Counted from the stretch's first letter, positions 43,749 through 53,601 are shown. The stretch is DNA of 57,676 nucleotides from an uncultured Spirochaetaceae bacterium (GCA_964478055.1 CAYZHV010000001.1:2350-60025), one strand, 5' to 3'. Notes: generated by a model from the sequence alone, not told the origin. Numbers and translations: made by a program.

Positions 43749-44627
43749 TCAACTGCTCTTTAGGAGCTCCTCCATGCGGCGGCCATACTCTATGTAGGCA
43801 CCCCACCGCTGTTCCGGGCCGGCAACCCGGTCCGGATCGTGAAAGACCATCGCCGTATGCGGCTCGATAGAGATCACCCCGTGGTAGCCGTCCCGGGATA
43901 ACGCTTCGAGAATCTCAGGCACCCTCGCCTCTCCCTCTCCGGGCAGGGTGTACTCCACCTCTCTCCCGTTCCAGCGCCCATCTTTGATGTGGACCTGGGC
44001 GACGTGCTCCTTTACCGCTTCGTAGAACGCCAGTGCGTCCTGCCGCCCATAGGGAGCCTTTCCGCGAACATCGGGAAGTCCTACGGGATTCCCGGTGTCA
44101 AAGACGAGCTTAAAGGCCTCGCTTCTCGTCGCTTCGATAATTCGCAAGGTGTGCTCAACGCTCTGGCCTCCCCAGGTCTCACAGTTTTCGTGGAGACAGA
44201 CGATACCCTCCTCTTCCGCAACCTCCGCAAAGCGACGAAGCCGGGAGAGAATCTCTCTCTCCAGTTCCGGCAGAGTGCCAACCGGAGCGTTCTCCGGCAT
44301 TTGATAGCTCATGACCCGGAGATATTTCGTCCCGAGCTTTCGCATTCTTCCCGCCGCGCGACGAAGCTGGGCGACCTCCTCTTCTAGAGGGGTATCGACG
44401 GTTCTTCCCCAGTTGGCCAGAGCGCTGCCAAAGGAACTCACGCCGAGTCGCGCCTCGGAGAGCCGTTTGGCCGCTTCCTCGAAGAGCTCGTCGCTCACGT
44501 CGACCACATTTCCGCCGTCCAGAGTGCGGAGATCGAGAAGAGACCAACCAAGAGCCCTGCTCGCCTCGATCTGCGTCTCCAGGTCCGAGGAAACCTCGTC
44601 GGTAAAACCTGAGAGTTGCATACTCAT
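43749..44627 (-). CDS. Sugar phosphate isomerase/epimerase (xylose-isomerase-like TIM barrel)
   Basis: 292-aa ORF with the family-typical pattern (LRVMSY, CLHENC, VHIKD, ISIEPH). Its start overlaps the upstream stop by 4 nt. Confidence 0.75.
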   Translation of the reverse strand: MSMQLSGFTDEVSSDLETQIEASRALGWSLLDLRTLDGGNVVDVSDELFEEAAKRLSEARLGVSSFGSALANWGRTVDTPLEEEVAQLRRAAGRMRKLGTKYLRVMSYQMPENAPVGTLPELEREILSRLRRFAEVAEEEGIVCLHENCETWGGQSVEHTLRIIEATRSEAFKLVFDTGNPVGLPDVRGKAPYGRQDALAFYEAVKEHVAQVHIKDGRWNGREVEYTLPGEGEARVPEILEALSRDGYHGVISIEPHTAMVFHDPDRVAGPEQRWGAYIEYGRRMEELLKSS

Positions 44628-46063
44628 CGGGAGCTCCTTTCACCAATGCTCGGTTCGCTGCCACTCCGGCCGGGGCCCAGACCGATGCCCTCTCTTCGGT
44701 AGAGCGGCTCGGGCAAGGGCCGGTTAATCTCCGGCAGGCGATACCCGAACCCGGCCCCCTCGATCGAGTCGAGCCTCAACTCGCCGTTCTCTCTGCTAAA
44801 GGCTCCTGGATGTACGGCAGCCTCATACGATGAGGCTTCGGGGTAGAACTGCATACAGTTGCTCTCGACCCCCAGGGGAGCCCCGCTCCTCGAACCGAGC
44901 AGCAGATGGGTGAGCTGCGCTAGCATTGGATTGGTCAGGTCCTGCACCGTAAAGCGAAGGCCTAGCTCCTTTGCAAGGGCCAGCATGAGCAGGGACTCGG
45001 ACTGCCCCTTGCAGGTCTTGAGGGCAACCCCACGCCACCCCTTTGCCACGGCCTCCTCCAGCTCGGCCACTGAAGAGACACTTTCGTCCAGTATGAGGAG
45101 AGGAACCCCGGAATTGAGATCAGTTACCTCTTTAAAACTACACGCGTCTATCGCGCAGGGCTCCTCGACGTAGCAAACGGTCTTGTACCCCTCCGGGGAT
45201 CGCTCCCGGAGGCGGGAGAGAAACTCCTCGAGGGCTTCGAGATCGGGAAGGGTCCCGTTGAAATCGATGGACGTGAGCCGTACAGCTGCATTCTCCGCTA
45301 GTTTCCAGACCTCGAGAAAGCGCTGGAGGTTGTCCTCCACCGAGTCCCCGCCGAGTTTAATCTTGAGAGCCTGCAATCCATCCTGGGCGATCCAGCTCTC
45401 CAGTGAGAGAGGATATCCGTCCCGGGAAGCGGAGGTGGGTATTTCCGCCTCACTCAGGTAGTCCTCTTTTCCGACCATGTGCCAGGCGAGGATTCGTGAC
45501 TGCGGCTCCGAGACGAGATAGTCCCGGGGATAACGTAGAGCCAACTCTCCGGCGTAGCTGCTTCCGTTGAGAAGGGCACCGACGTCGCGGCTCATGTACC
45601 GGGGGGTGTAGGTTTCGTAGGTTGGCAGCCTATGGAGGACGCCGTAGCCGTCGTGGGTGGCAAGATCGAAAACCGAGAGAAGAAGCTGCCAGGCGCGGGA
45701 GGGTGCGGCGGGCCTGCTCCTACAGTTGGAGACTCCCCCTTCCGCGTTGAAGGCGTGATAGATCTCCATTGGATGACCTGAGACGTCGATCTCGGCCCAC
45801 CGGTCCGCGAGCTCTTCGGCACAGAGAAGAAGCGTTTGGAGCCGCTCCGCCGGGGGAATCTCCGAGGGCCAAGCCCACTGAACGTTCAGAGGTACATCGG
45901 CGTATCCGGTTGCCTTTTCTCCGGAGGCAGAGGAGACGGTTACTCCTGCCCGAAGGACAGAGATGTCGGTTGCTCGCTCCCTGCCAAAGGCGAGGGGGAT
46001 CCTGGTTTCCAGAGGAAAAGTGTATAGCTCGGTGCCGGAAATACGAACGTCCTGGTCTCTCAT
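44624..46063 (-). CDS. Enolase-superfamily enzyme (mandelate racemase / muconate-lactonizing family), specificity unknown
   Basis: 479-aa ORF with barrel motifs in the expected order: LKIKLGG (KxK), SIDFNG, YVEEP, ILDES, ALKTCKGQ. Confidence 0.7.
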   Translation of the reverse strand: MRDQDVRISGTELYTFPLETRIPLAFGRERATDISVLRAGVTVSSASGEKATGYADVPLNVQWAWPSEIPPAERLQTLLLCAEELADRWAEIDVSGHPMEIYHAFNAEGGVSNCRSRPAAPSRAWQLLLSVFDLATHDGYGVLHRLPTYETYTPRYMSRDVGALLNGSSYAGELALRYPRDYLVSEPQSRILAWHMVGKEDYLSEAEIPTSASRDGYPLSLESWIAQDGLQALKIKLGGDSVEDNLQRFLEVWKLAENAAVRLTSIDFNGTLPDLEALEEFLSRLRERSPEGYKTVCYVEEPCAIDACSFKEVTDLNSGVPLLILDESVSSVAELEEAVAKGWRGVALKTCKGQSESLLMLALAKELGLRFTVQDLTNPMLAQLTHLLLGSRSGAPLGVESNCMQFYPEASSYEAAVHPGAFSRENGELRLDSIEGAGFGYRLPEINRPLPEPLYRREGIGLGPGRSGSEPSIGERSSR

Positions 46064-46238
46064 GGGTCCGCACTTTCAGCTTACCCCGTGTCGCAACATT
46101 TGTCAAAAGATTTTACTAATGTCCCGTCTCGAGGCTCCATATCGTTATGTGTCGACTGTCCAGGGGGTAGTACTTCTATCCTTTGTTACAGAAACATACA
46201 AATTGCGCAGATTCGCTTCCCATTGTACAATCGAAGAT

Positions 46239-47420
46239 GTGTCGTCCCCACGCTCTTCCCTGGATTCTCGAGTTCGCATTCTTCAGCTCCTCCTGAGTGA
46301 GGGTAGCTGCTCCCGTCCTGCCCTAGCGGCTCAAACCGGTCTCACCCGAGCGGCGGTGGGGGTGGTTGCTGAGGAACTAATGGAACGAGGAATCCTCCGG
46401 GAAGGTGGAAGAGACGAGTCCCGGGGCGGCCGGCGAGCTCGGCTCCTGGAGATCGTACCGGATGCGGCTGTGGCTCTCGGTGCGAGCATGCGGGACTCTG
46501 ACTGGTCCTTTGCCGCCGCGGATCTCCACGGCGAGATCATCGATAAGGATCGAGAACCGATGACCGCCACCGATCCCTCCTCGGCTATCCAGGCTCTTGT
46601 GGCGGGGTACATTCGCATCACCAAGCGTCTTGGCGGAAAGACACTCCTACCGGCTCTCGGAGTTGGCACCCCGGGCCTCGTCGACATCCATCGCGGTCAC
46701 GTACACAGCGCCGTCGATCTCGGTTGGCAGGAGGTACCCTTTGCGCAGATGGCCGAGGAGGCTCTGGGGCTCCCGGTCCGGGTGGCAAACCGCTCGAAAG
46801 TGGGGGCCCTGGCGGAGCTCTGGGGCCACAAGGGGCGTTCCCAGCGCACCTTGATCTACGTCTCCCTGGGCACCGGTGTCGCCGCTGGAATCGTCATCGG
46901 CGGGGAGCTGTTCATCGGAGCGAACTCCAGCGCCGGAGAGCTCGGACACATATCGGTCGTCCCGGACGGTCCGGTCTGCGGCTGCGGAAACCGTGGTTGC
47001 CTGCAGACGCTGGTCTCCGAGGAGGCACTCCTTCGACGGGCCCGGAGCCTCGATAACGCCACCGGGGCGCCTATCGTGGCGGATGTCTCGGAGCTCTTCT
47101 CCCGAGCCCTCGAGGGAGTCCAGCCGGAGCTCCGGGTTATGGAAGAGGCGGCTGAGTACCTCGCCGTCGCCCTCGGGACGGTGGTCAACCTCTTCAATCC
47201 AGAGCAGCTCATACTCGGCGGCCCGGTTGTGGAGGGCTATCCGAAGTTGGTCGGTATGGTGCGGGAACGGGCTCTTCTGCGGTCGATGCATCACCCCTTC
47301 GAGGTTGTGGAGATCAGAGCGAGTCGCCTCGGAGCCCTATCTTCGCCCCTCGGCGCGGCGATCATGATCCTCAAGGAGCTCCCGCGCTTCGTCGGGGAGG
47401 GCGCGGTCAGTTTTCGGTAG
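46239..47420 (+). CDS. ROK-family transcriptional regulator
   Basis: N-terminal wHTH RVRILQLLLSEGSCSRPALAAQTGLTRAAVGVVAEELMERG and ROK zinc motif CGCGNRGCLQT. The track ORF starts at 45963, inside the divergent gene. Candidate real starts are GTG 46239 (393 aa, a typical ROK length) or ATG 46119. Confidence 0.8.
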   Translation: MSSPRSSLDSRVRILQLLLSEGSCSRPALAAQTGLTRAAVGVVAEELMERGILREGGRDESRGGRRARLLEIVPDAAVALGASMRDSDWSFAAADLHGEIIDKDREPMTATDPSSAIQALVAGYIRITKRLGGKTLLPALGVGTPGLVDIHRGHVHSAVDLGWQEVPFAQMAEEALGLPVRVANRSKVGALAELWGHKGRSQRTLIYVSLGTGVAAGIVIGGELFIGANSSAGELGHISVVPDGPVCGCGNRGCLQTLVSEEALLRRARSLDNATGAPIVADVSELFSRALEGVQPELRVMEEAAEYLAVALGTVVNLFNPEQLILGGPVVEGYPKLVGMVRERALLRSMHHPFEVVEIRASRLGALSSPLGAAIMILKELPRFVGEGAVSFR

Positions 47421-47488
47421 CGCAGGCCCAAAGCTCTCCCGGCGCGATACCATGATGGTCCCGGCTTCCGGCCTCCGACGTGTTCGGC

Positions 47489-49033
47489 CTACGCCTGCTT
47501 CGGCACCCCGAGAGCGTCGAGGTGGCGGGTGAAGTGACCAATTAGCAGCTCGTTATACCGTTCCTCATGGAGGTGCAGAGCCGCAAAGAACTGGTCCGCC
47601 AACTCCTGGGTGGAGAGAATCCCGCCGTAGGAGATGTGCAGCATCTGACGACAATCAGGATGGTCGAGGTAGCCTCTGAGCTCCTCGTCTCCGGTCTCTT
47701 CGAGGGGCGCGATAGTACTGAGGTCCGCGGTAATATGGTAGAACTTCAGCGCCTCCGGGTAGTACTCCAAAGCCCGGGCGTGGAGCTTCCGGTAGAGGGC
47801 CGGTTCCTTCTCAGCAATCACCCGTAGCGCCTCCAACCAGCTCGTCCCGGAGGTCTTGAGATGGAGCCGCAACGCCGTACCGCGGCCTACGGCGGGATAG
47901 GCGCTGAGCTTGTCGCTCCCGGAGTGCACCGAGATCTTGTACCCTCCGTAGGCCCGGGCGATTGCGCAGTGCACCTTGAACTGCCCCTCGAACTCCCGGA
48001 GATCCCCGATGTAGTCGATCGCCTTCTGGAACTCGCCAATAAACCTAGGTGCCACACTGTTAACCGTAACCTTTCGCACATTTAGCTCTCGGGCAATGAA
48101 CGCGTGGTGTTCGGGGAGGGTTGGGGTTGTCGTTTCGTCGATGCTGATCTCCAGATCGTACTGGTCTCCCCGCTGCCCTCGCAGATACTGGTCAACCTCC
48201 ACGGCCAGATCCAGGGCGGAGCCATACATCACCGTGCAGAGCTTCGCGGTTTCCCTATCCAGCCGAATTCTCTCGGAGCCGGCTTCGAGCTCCTTGTCGA
48301 AGTATTCCTTCTCGATTCGCCGCTGCAGGGCCTCCGGAAGCTCCGCGAAGGCGTCATCGATCTCTGCTGAGGACCAATCCGCCACTTCCGGCTTCATGAC
48401 CTCCGTGAGATCCAAGGTGACCATCGGCATCTGCTCTTCGAGGGCGGTCTTAATGGCGGGAATGTTCTTGAGGTGGTCACCATCGGCGCCGTATCCATCC
48501 TCGTACCCCTCCTGAAAGACCATCCAGGCGGCGTCGGCAACAACGTCGGCGAAAGTTCTCCCGGTGAAGTCGAGCTCCCGAATGCTCTGTTGCGCCAGCA
48601 CCGGAGAACAGTCGTAACCGCGAACGGCGCGGATGTGTCCGGCCGTCGCCCGTCCGAGACGGTCACCGAGGCCGATGGTGGTCCGTCGCTCCCTGAGGGA
48701 GACCGGCCTGGTCCAGGGAAAGAGCTCGTAGAGTACCTTAGCGTTCTTCGTGCTGCACTGCACCACCGAGGTGTGAAGCTCTCCGATCTTTTCTTCCGCC
48801 CCATCGAAGGGAGAGTCAATACTCTCCCGGGAGAGGAGGAGAAGCGCCTTCCCTTCCAGAGAGCGAATCACCGTGTAGAGGACGCCGCCCTCGGCGTAGC
48901 AGGAGCTCGGATAGTACGCCCACTCCCCGGCGCTCTCGTACCCGGGGCCTTTCTCCTTTTTCCAGCGGTCTATCTCCTCCTGACCCATTGCCAGAAGCCC
49001 GTCGTTTTCTATTCGTGCCAGTAGCTCTTTCAT
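47489..49033 (-). CDS. uxaE: Tagaturonate/fructuronate epimerase UxaE
   Basis: 514-aa ORF whose GLGDRLGRATAGHIRAV...LAQQSIRELDFTGRTFADVVADAAWMVFQEGYEDGYGADGDHLK closely parallels the Thermotoga maritima UxaE sequence as I remember it. It is adjacent to uxaC. Confidence 0.75.
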   Translation of the reverse strand: MKELLARIENDGLLAMGQEEIDRWKKEKGPGYESAGEWAYYPSSCYAEGGVLYTVIRSLEGKALLLLSRESIDSPFDGAEEKIGELHTSVVQCSTKNAKVLYELFPWTRPVSLRERRTTIGLGDRLGRATAGHIRAVRGYDCSPVLAQQSIRELDFTGRTFADVVADAAWMVFQEGYEDGYGADGDHLKNIPAIKTALEEQMPMVTLDLTEVMKPEVADWSSAEIDDAFAELPEALQRRIEKEYFDKELEAGSERIRLDRETAKLCTVMYGSALDLAVEVDQYLRGQRGDQYDLEISIDETTTPTLPEHHAFIARELNVRKVTVNSVAPRFIGEFQKAIDYIGDLREFEGQFKVHCAIARAYGGYKISVHSGSDKLSAYPAVGRGTALRLHLKTSGTSWLEALRVIAEKEPALYRKLHARALEYYPEALKFYHITADLSTIAPLEETGDEELRGYLDHPDCRQMLHISYGGILSTQELADQFFAALHLHEERYNELLIGHFTRHLDALGVPKQA

Positions 49034-49046
49034 CTCATCTCCTGCT

Positions 49047-50471
49047 TTAGCCCATTCCGGGATCGATGCCGAAAAACCCCACGGCGTTATGCCAGCAGAT
49101 CTCCTCGACCATGCTTCCCAGGAGCTGCATGTCGTTGGGCGCCTCCCCCTGCTCGACCCAAGTGCCGATCATGTTGCAAAGGGTGCGGCGAAAGTACTCG
49201 TGCCGGGGAAAGGAGAGAAAACTCCGGGAGTCGGTAAGCATACCCACAAAGCGTCGCAGAAGGCCCATGTTCGCCAGAGCTCTCATCTGCCACTCCATTC
49301 CCTCTTTCTGATCGTTAAACCACCAGCCGGAGCCGAGCTGCATCTTGCCGGGAACGCTTCCGTCCTGGAAGTTGCCGATCATCGTCGCCATGAGCTCGTT
49401 GTCCCGGGGATTGAGGTTGTAGATGATCGTCTTCGGCAGCTCCTTGGTCTTATCCATGGAGTCCAGAAGCCTTGCAAGAGGGGCAGCCATGACGCCGTCC
49501 GCCATGGAGTCGAATCCAGTGTCCGGTCCGAGAGCCTCGTACATGCGGCTGTTGTTGTTCCGAAGGGCCCCGATGTGGAGCTGGAAGACCCATCCCCGCC
49601 GGGCGTACTCCCGGCCGAGCTCGCCCAGGAGGGCGGAGGCAAAGGCGGCGTGATCCGCCTCGGAGACCTCTCGTCCCGCCGAAGCGTCCCTAAAGATCCG
49701 CTCTAGCTCTTCCTTGCCCGCCTCTCGATAGACCGGCAACGTTAGGGCGTGGTCTGAGACTTTGCAGCCGCGGTGAGCGAAGTGCTCGATTCGCTCCATG
49801 AGCACCGATAGAAGCTCGTCAAAGCTACCGATACGATCTCGCCCAGCCGCCCGGGCAAGCTTTTCCAGGTACGCCGGGTACTCTTTCGGCTTGTCTACCG
49901 CGTAGGACTTGTCGGGGCGAAAGGAGGGATAGACGGCGACGTCGAAATCCTTGTCCTCAGCAATAGCGCGGTGGTGCGACAGGTCATCCGCGGGATCATC
50001 GGTAGTGCCCACATAGCGCACCTTCGCCTGCTTGAGAAGGCCCCGGGCTGAGAATTCCGGCTTCTTCAACAGTTCATTGGTACGATTCCATATGTCCTCG
50101 GCGGTCTCCCCGTTTAGCAGTACGCCCTCGATGCCAAAAGGTTTCTTCAGCTCGAGGTGTGTCCAGTGGTAGAGCGGGTTGCCCACCGTGTACGGCACCG
50201 TTTCCGCCCACTTCTGAAACTTCTCTCGATTAGGAGCCTCACCAGTCACGTAGGGTTCCGCCACGCCGTTTGTACGCATGGCGCGCCACTTGTAGTGGTC
50301 CCCGGCGAGCCACGCCTCGGCTAGGTCCGAAAATCGGTGGTCCTCGGCGATCATCTTTGGGGAGAGATGGCAATGGTAGTCGAAAATCGGCATGTGCGCC
50401 GCATGCTCGTGATAAAGACGTTCAGCCGTGCGGCTCTGCAAGAGAAAATTGTCGTCCATAAAGGGTTTCAT
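49047..50471 (-). CDS. uxaC: Glucuronate isomerase UxaC
   Basis: 474-aa ORF with N-terminal FLLQSRTAERLYHEHAAHMPIFDYHCHL, the family signature. Confidence 0.9.
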   Translation of the reverse strand: MKPFMDDNFLLQSRTAERLYHEHAAHMPIFDYHCHLSPKMIAEDHRFSDLAEAWLAGDHYKWRAMRTNGVAEPYVTGEAPNREKFQKWAETVPYTVGNPLYHWTHLELKKPFGIEGVLLNGETAEDIWNRTNELLKKPEFSARGLLKQAKVRYVGTTDDPADDLSHHRAIAEDKDFDVAVYPSFRPDKSYAVDKPKEYPAYLEKLARAAGRDRIGSFDELLSVLMERIEHFAHRGCKVSDHALTLPVYREAGKEELERIFRDASAGREVSEADHAAFASALLGELGREYARRGWVFQLHIGALRNNNSRMYEALGPDTGFDSMADGVMAAPLARLLDSMDKTKELPKTIIYNLNPRDNELMATMIGNFQDGSVPGKMQLGSGWWFNDQKEGMEWQMRALANMGLLRRFVGMLTDSRSFLSFPRHEYFRRTLCNMIGTWVEQGEAPNDMQLLGSMVEEICWHNAVGFFGIDPGMG

Positions 50472-50507
50472 GAGTATCGTTCCTTTCCAGCTCAGACGGT
50501 ATTGTCT

Positions 50508-50524
50508 CGGCCCCGGCGGGGCCG
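50508..50524 (-). terminator. GC-rich hairpin between dctM and uxaC (possible terminator or attenuator, no U-tract)
   Basis: CGGCCCC-GCC-GGGGCCG (7-bp stem) lies 10 nt after the dctM stop. It is not followed by a T run on the minus strand. Confidence 0.25.
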
Positions 50525-50533
50525 GCCCCTATC

Positions 50534-51832
50534 CTACCCCATGATGAGGTTCGGGATGAACATCACCATATTCGGAATGAAGGTGATCAGCATAAGAACC
50601 ACGATCATAACCGCGTAGAACGGAAGCATCGCCTTGGTGGCGTTCTCGATGGAGGTCCTACCCACCGCGCACCCCACAAAAAGGGCCGAGCCCACCGGCG
50701 GCGTGGCGAGGCCAATACCTAGGTTCAGCATCATCATAATACCAAACTGAACCGGATCCATCCCCAAAGCTCCGACCACGACCGGGTACAAAATCGGGGT
50801 GGTGATCAGGATGAGAGGTGCCATGTCCATGATGGTACCAAGAAGAAGCAACAGCAAATTGATAAGCAGAAGAAGTGCCACCCGACTCTCGGTTATCGCC
50901 AAAAGCCCCTGGGTCACCTTCGCAGGAATCTGCAAGAAAGCGAGGAGCCATCCAAAGGCGCTCGCTGCGGCTATCAGGGACATCACCATGGCCAGAGTCT
51001 TGAGGGAGGAGAAGAGAATTACCCGGAACTCCTTGAGGGGGATCTCCCGGTAAACAAAGAAGGTGATAACAAAAGCGTAAACCGTGGCGATCGCCGCAGA
51101 TTCCGTGGCGGTGAAAACGCCGGAAATGACGCCGCCAATGATAATGACCGCCGTCAGGAGACCGAGGATGGCGTCCTTGGTGAGCTGCACCGCCTCCTTC
51201 AGGGTGTACTTCTGCTCCTTCGGATAACCCCGCTTCACGGCGATGGCGTAGCTCAGGATCATGAGAACAATCCCGAGCAGGACACCGGGTATGAAGCCTC
51301 CGAGGAAGAGGCGGCCTACCGAGACACCCCCGGCGGCGAGGGAGTAAATAATCATGTTGTGGCTCGGGGGGATGATGATCCCCTGACAGGCGCTGGTTAC
51401 CGTCACCGCCACGGAGTAATCGCCGTCGTACCCCTTCTTCTTCATCATCGGAATCATGATGGTTCCGATCGAAGAGACGTCCGCCACAGCGGAGCCGGAG
51501 ATGCCACCAAAGAACATGCTCGCCAGGACGTTTACCTGCGCCAGTCCGCCCCGGACTCTTCCGACAATGAGGTTCGAGAATTGAATGAGCCGCCGGGAAA
51601 TGCCCCCGCGACTCATGATTTCTCCGGCGAGAATGAAGAAGGGAATCGCCAGGAGAGAGAAGATCTTGACGCCCTGGACCATCCGCTGGACGATTGCCAT
51701 CATCGGAATCTCCAGGAAGAAGGCCGTCAGGATCGAGGAGGCTGCGAGGGAGAAGGTAATCGGCACTTTGAGTACCAGGAGTATGCCAAAGCTGCCCAGG
51801 AGGATAGTAGTCGCTACGTTGACGTCAGGCAT
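50534..51832 (-). CDS. dctM: TRAP transporter large permease DctM
   Basis: 432-aa polytopic ORF directly abutting dctQ. Confidence 0.9.
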   Translation of the reverse strand: MPDVNVATTILLGSFGILLVLKVPITFSLAASSILTAFFLEIPMMAIVQRMVQGVKIFSLLAIPFFILAGEIMSRGGISRRLIQFSNLIVGRVRGGLAQVNVLASMFFGGISGSAVADVSSIGTIMIPMMKKKGYDGDYSVAVTVTSACQGIIIPPSHNMIIYSLAAGGVSVGRLFLGGFIPGVLLGIVLMILSYAIAVKRGYPKEQKYTLKEAVQLTKDAILGLLTAVIIIGGVISGVFTATESAAIATVYAFVITFFVYREIPLKEFRVILFSSLKTLAMVMSLIAAASAFGWLLAFLQIPAKVTQGLLAITESRVALLLLINLLLLLLGTIMDMAPLILITTPILYPVVVGALGMDPVQFGIMMMLNLGIGLATPPVGSALFVGCAVGRTSIENATKAMLPFYAVMIVVLMLITFIPNMVMFIPNLIMG

Positions 51833-52468
51833 CTAGATCTCTCCCTTTATTGGTGCGTCGTTAGGCCCTCGATCTCCCAGTTGCTCCGGCGTGAGGATGA
51901 TCGAGTCTCCTCCCGCCTCGGAATGTCCGCCGTACCCGGAGTCGGCGTCGGTGTCGGTGTCGGTGTCGAACCCGACGAGATCCGTGATCGCCTCGTAGAT
52001 CATCAGCACCGCCGATAGGGGAACGACCATATAGAGCAACGCCGAAGGAAGCCGTGTCGCGGGCATAATGGAACGCATGGTGAACTGAATGAGTATGCGT
52101 CCGTATATGAGCATCACTACCGCGATAAAGAGCACCATCAGGTCCGAAAGCTTCGTCAGGACAGTGTCCAGCTTCGGTATGGGGCGGCGCCAGAGGTGAA
52201 GACTGATGTGGAGCTTCTTTCGTACCCCCAGGGCCATGGAAATGAAGACAAAGGTGACCGCCATAACCAGAGATATCTCCTCAGCCCAGTGAATCCCTGA
52301 GTTGAGGACATACCGCATGAAGACGTTGGTGCCGATAAGGAGCGTCATCAGGACGAGCAACGTCTCGGCAAGAATGATCGCCATGGCAAAAATGGCATCG
52401 AAAAGCTTGACGATCCAGCGGAATAGGCGAAGTCGCACCGTGTCCCTCCTCAGAACAACCCGCCGCAC
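51833..52468 (-). CDS. dctQ: TRAP transporter small permease DctQ with an acidic C-terminal extension
   Basis: 211-aa ORF with a 4-TM core, followed by about 50 extra residues GFDTDTDTDADSGYGGHSEAGGDSIILTPEQLGDRGPNDAPIKGEI. Confidence 0.85.
   Translation of the reverse strand: MRRVVLRRDTVRLRLFRWIVKLFDAIFAMAIILAETLLVLMTLLIGTNVFMRYVLNSGIHWAEEISLVMAVTFVFISMALGVRKKLHISLHLWRRPIPKLDTVLTKLSDLMVLFIAVVMLIYGRILIQFTMRSIMPATRLPSALLYMVVPLSAVLMIYEAITDLVGFDTDTDTDADSGYGGHSEAGGDSIILTPEQLGDRGPNDAPIKGEI
51941..51970. repeat. Hexanucleotide microsatellite (GTCGGY)n inside dctQ
   Basis: The sequence reads gtcggc gtcggt gtcggt gtcggt gtcgaa. It encodes the (Asp-Thr)n tract on the minus strand. Confidence 0.9.
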
Positions 52469-52522
52469 CGACAGAGCGGCACGGCGGGGAAATAGTTCGT
52501 CACTTCCATTGTAAGTCCAGGC

Positions 52523-53536
52523 TTACCGGACTGCACGAATCTCCGCAACAACGTCCTGGAGCTCAGCGCTCAGGTTGTCGTAGAGCGGCTGCATCGCCTC
52601 CTGAAACTCGGCGTAGGCGTCAGGAGAAAGCTCGGTGATGGTGTTCCCGTGGGCTCGAATTGCCTCCTCCGCCACCTGCTCGAACTCCGCCCACTTTTCA
52701 ATCTGAAAGTCGATGGAATCCCGAGCGGCCTGCTTGATGATTTCCTGGTCCTCCTGGGAAAGTCGGTCCATGCTCATTTTCGAGGCTACGAGAATCTCCG
52801 GAACCCGGGTGTGCTGGTCCAGGGTGAAATACTCCGCCACTTCATAGTGGCTGGTAGAGTAGTAGCTCGGCCAGTTGTTCTCGGCGCCGTCGATAACACC
52901 GGTTTGGAGACCGCTGTAGACCTCTCCGAAGGGCATGGGTGAGGCTACCGCACCGAGGGCCTCAACGAGACCTACCATGAGCTCGCTCTCCTGGACCCGG
53001 ATCTTGAGTCCCTCCATGTCCTCTACGCTCGTGATCTCTCGTACGGAGTTGTAGAAGTTTCTGGAGCCGGAGTCGTACCATGCCAGACCGACGAACCCGG
53101 AGGGCTCGAGGCTGGCGAGAATCTCGTCTCCGATCTCTCCCCGAAGAACCTTCCACATGTGGTCGGCGTCGCGATAGAGGTAGGGCATTTGGAGCGCGTT
53201 GAGCTGTTCCGCGAAGGCGGCTAAGGGCGAGATACTGACGCGGGTAAAGTCTATGGCGCCGAACTGCACCTGCTCGATTACCGCTCGCTCTTCACCGAGC
53301 TGCGAGGAGTGGTACACTTCGATCTTGACGCGACCGTCGGTGCGCTCTTCTACGAGTCGCGCGAACTCATAGTCGCCCTGGGTGGTGGGATAGTCCTGCG
53401 GGTGGGTTTCCGCCAGACGCATGACAATCTGTTCCGGCTCGGCTTCGGCGGCCTCTTCCATTTCCTGCTGCCCGCTTGCAAAGAGGACGGCGCTACCGAG
53501 AATAGCGATAAGTAGAATCGCGAGAGCCTTTTTCAT
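52523..53536 (-). CDS. dctP: TRAP transporter substrate-binding protein DctP
   Basis: ATG at 53536 with AAGGAGGGAG upstream and signal peptide MKKALAILLIAILGSAVLFA. The track start at 53569 adds 11 residues without an RBS. Confidence 0.9.
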   Translation of the reverse strand: MKKALAILLIAILGSAVLFASGQQEMEEAAEAEPEQIVMRLAETHPQDYPTTQGDYEFARLVEERTDGRVKIEVYHSSQLGEERAVIEQVQFGAIDFTRVSISPLAAFAEQLNALQMPYLYRDADHMWKVLRGEIGDEILASLEPSGFVGLAWYDSGSRNFYNSVREITSVEDMEGLKIRVQESELMVGLVEALGAVASPMPFGEVYSGLQTGVIDGAENNWPSYYSTSHYEVAEYFTLDQHTRVPEILVASKMSMDRLSQEDQEIIKQAARDSIDFQIEKWAEFEQVAEEAIRAHGNTITELSPDAYAEFQEAMQPLYDNLSAELQDVVAEIRAVR

Positions 53537-53601
53537 CTCTCCCTCCTTAAAAATTTGGTCTGCTATCATGCTACCCCGGCGCGGGAGCGGCTGGTTTGTA
53601 T

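Noticed and set aside
42246-43763. Very long antisense ORFs opposite real genes. Examples: 505 aa at 42246..43763(+), 388 aa at 39205..40371(+), 377 aa at 13694..14827(+), 313 aa at 23978..24919(+), 306 aa at 10227..11147(+), 265 aa at 2532..3329(+), 272 aa at 20814..21632(+).
   Set aside because: Each lies in the antisense frame of a gene with clear family motifs. Their products are Arg/Gly/Pro/Leu-rich with no motif I recognise. Such shadow ORFs are expected in GC-rich DNA because stop codons are rare in that frame.
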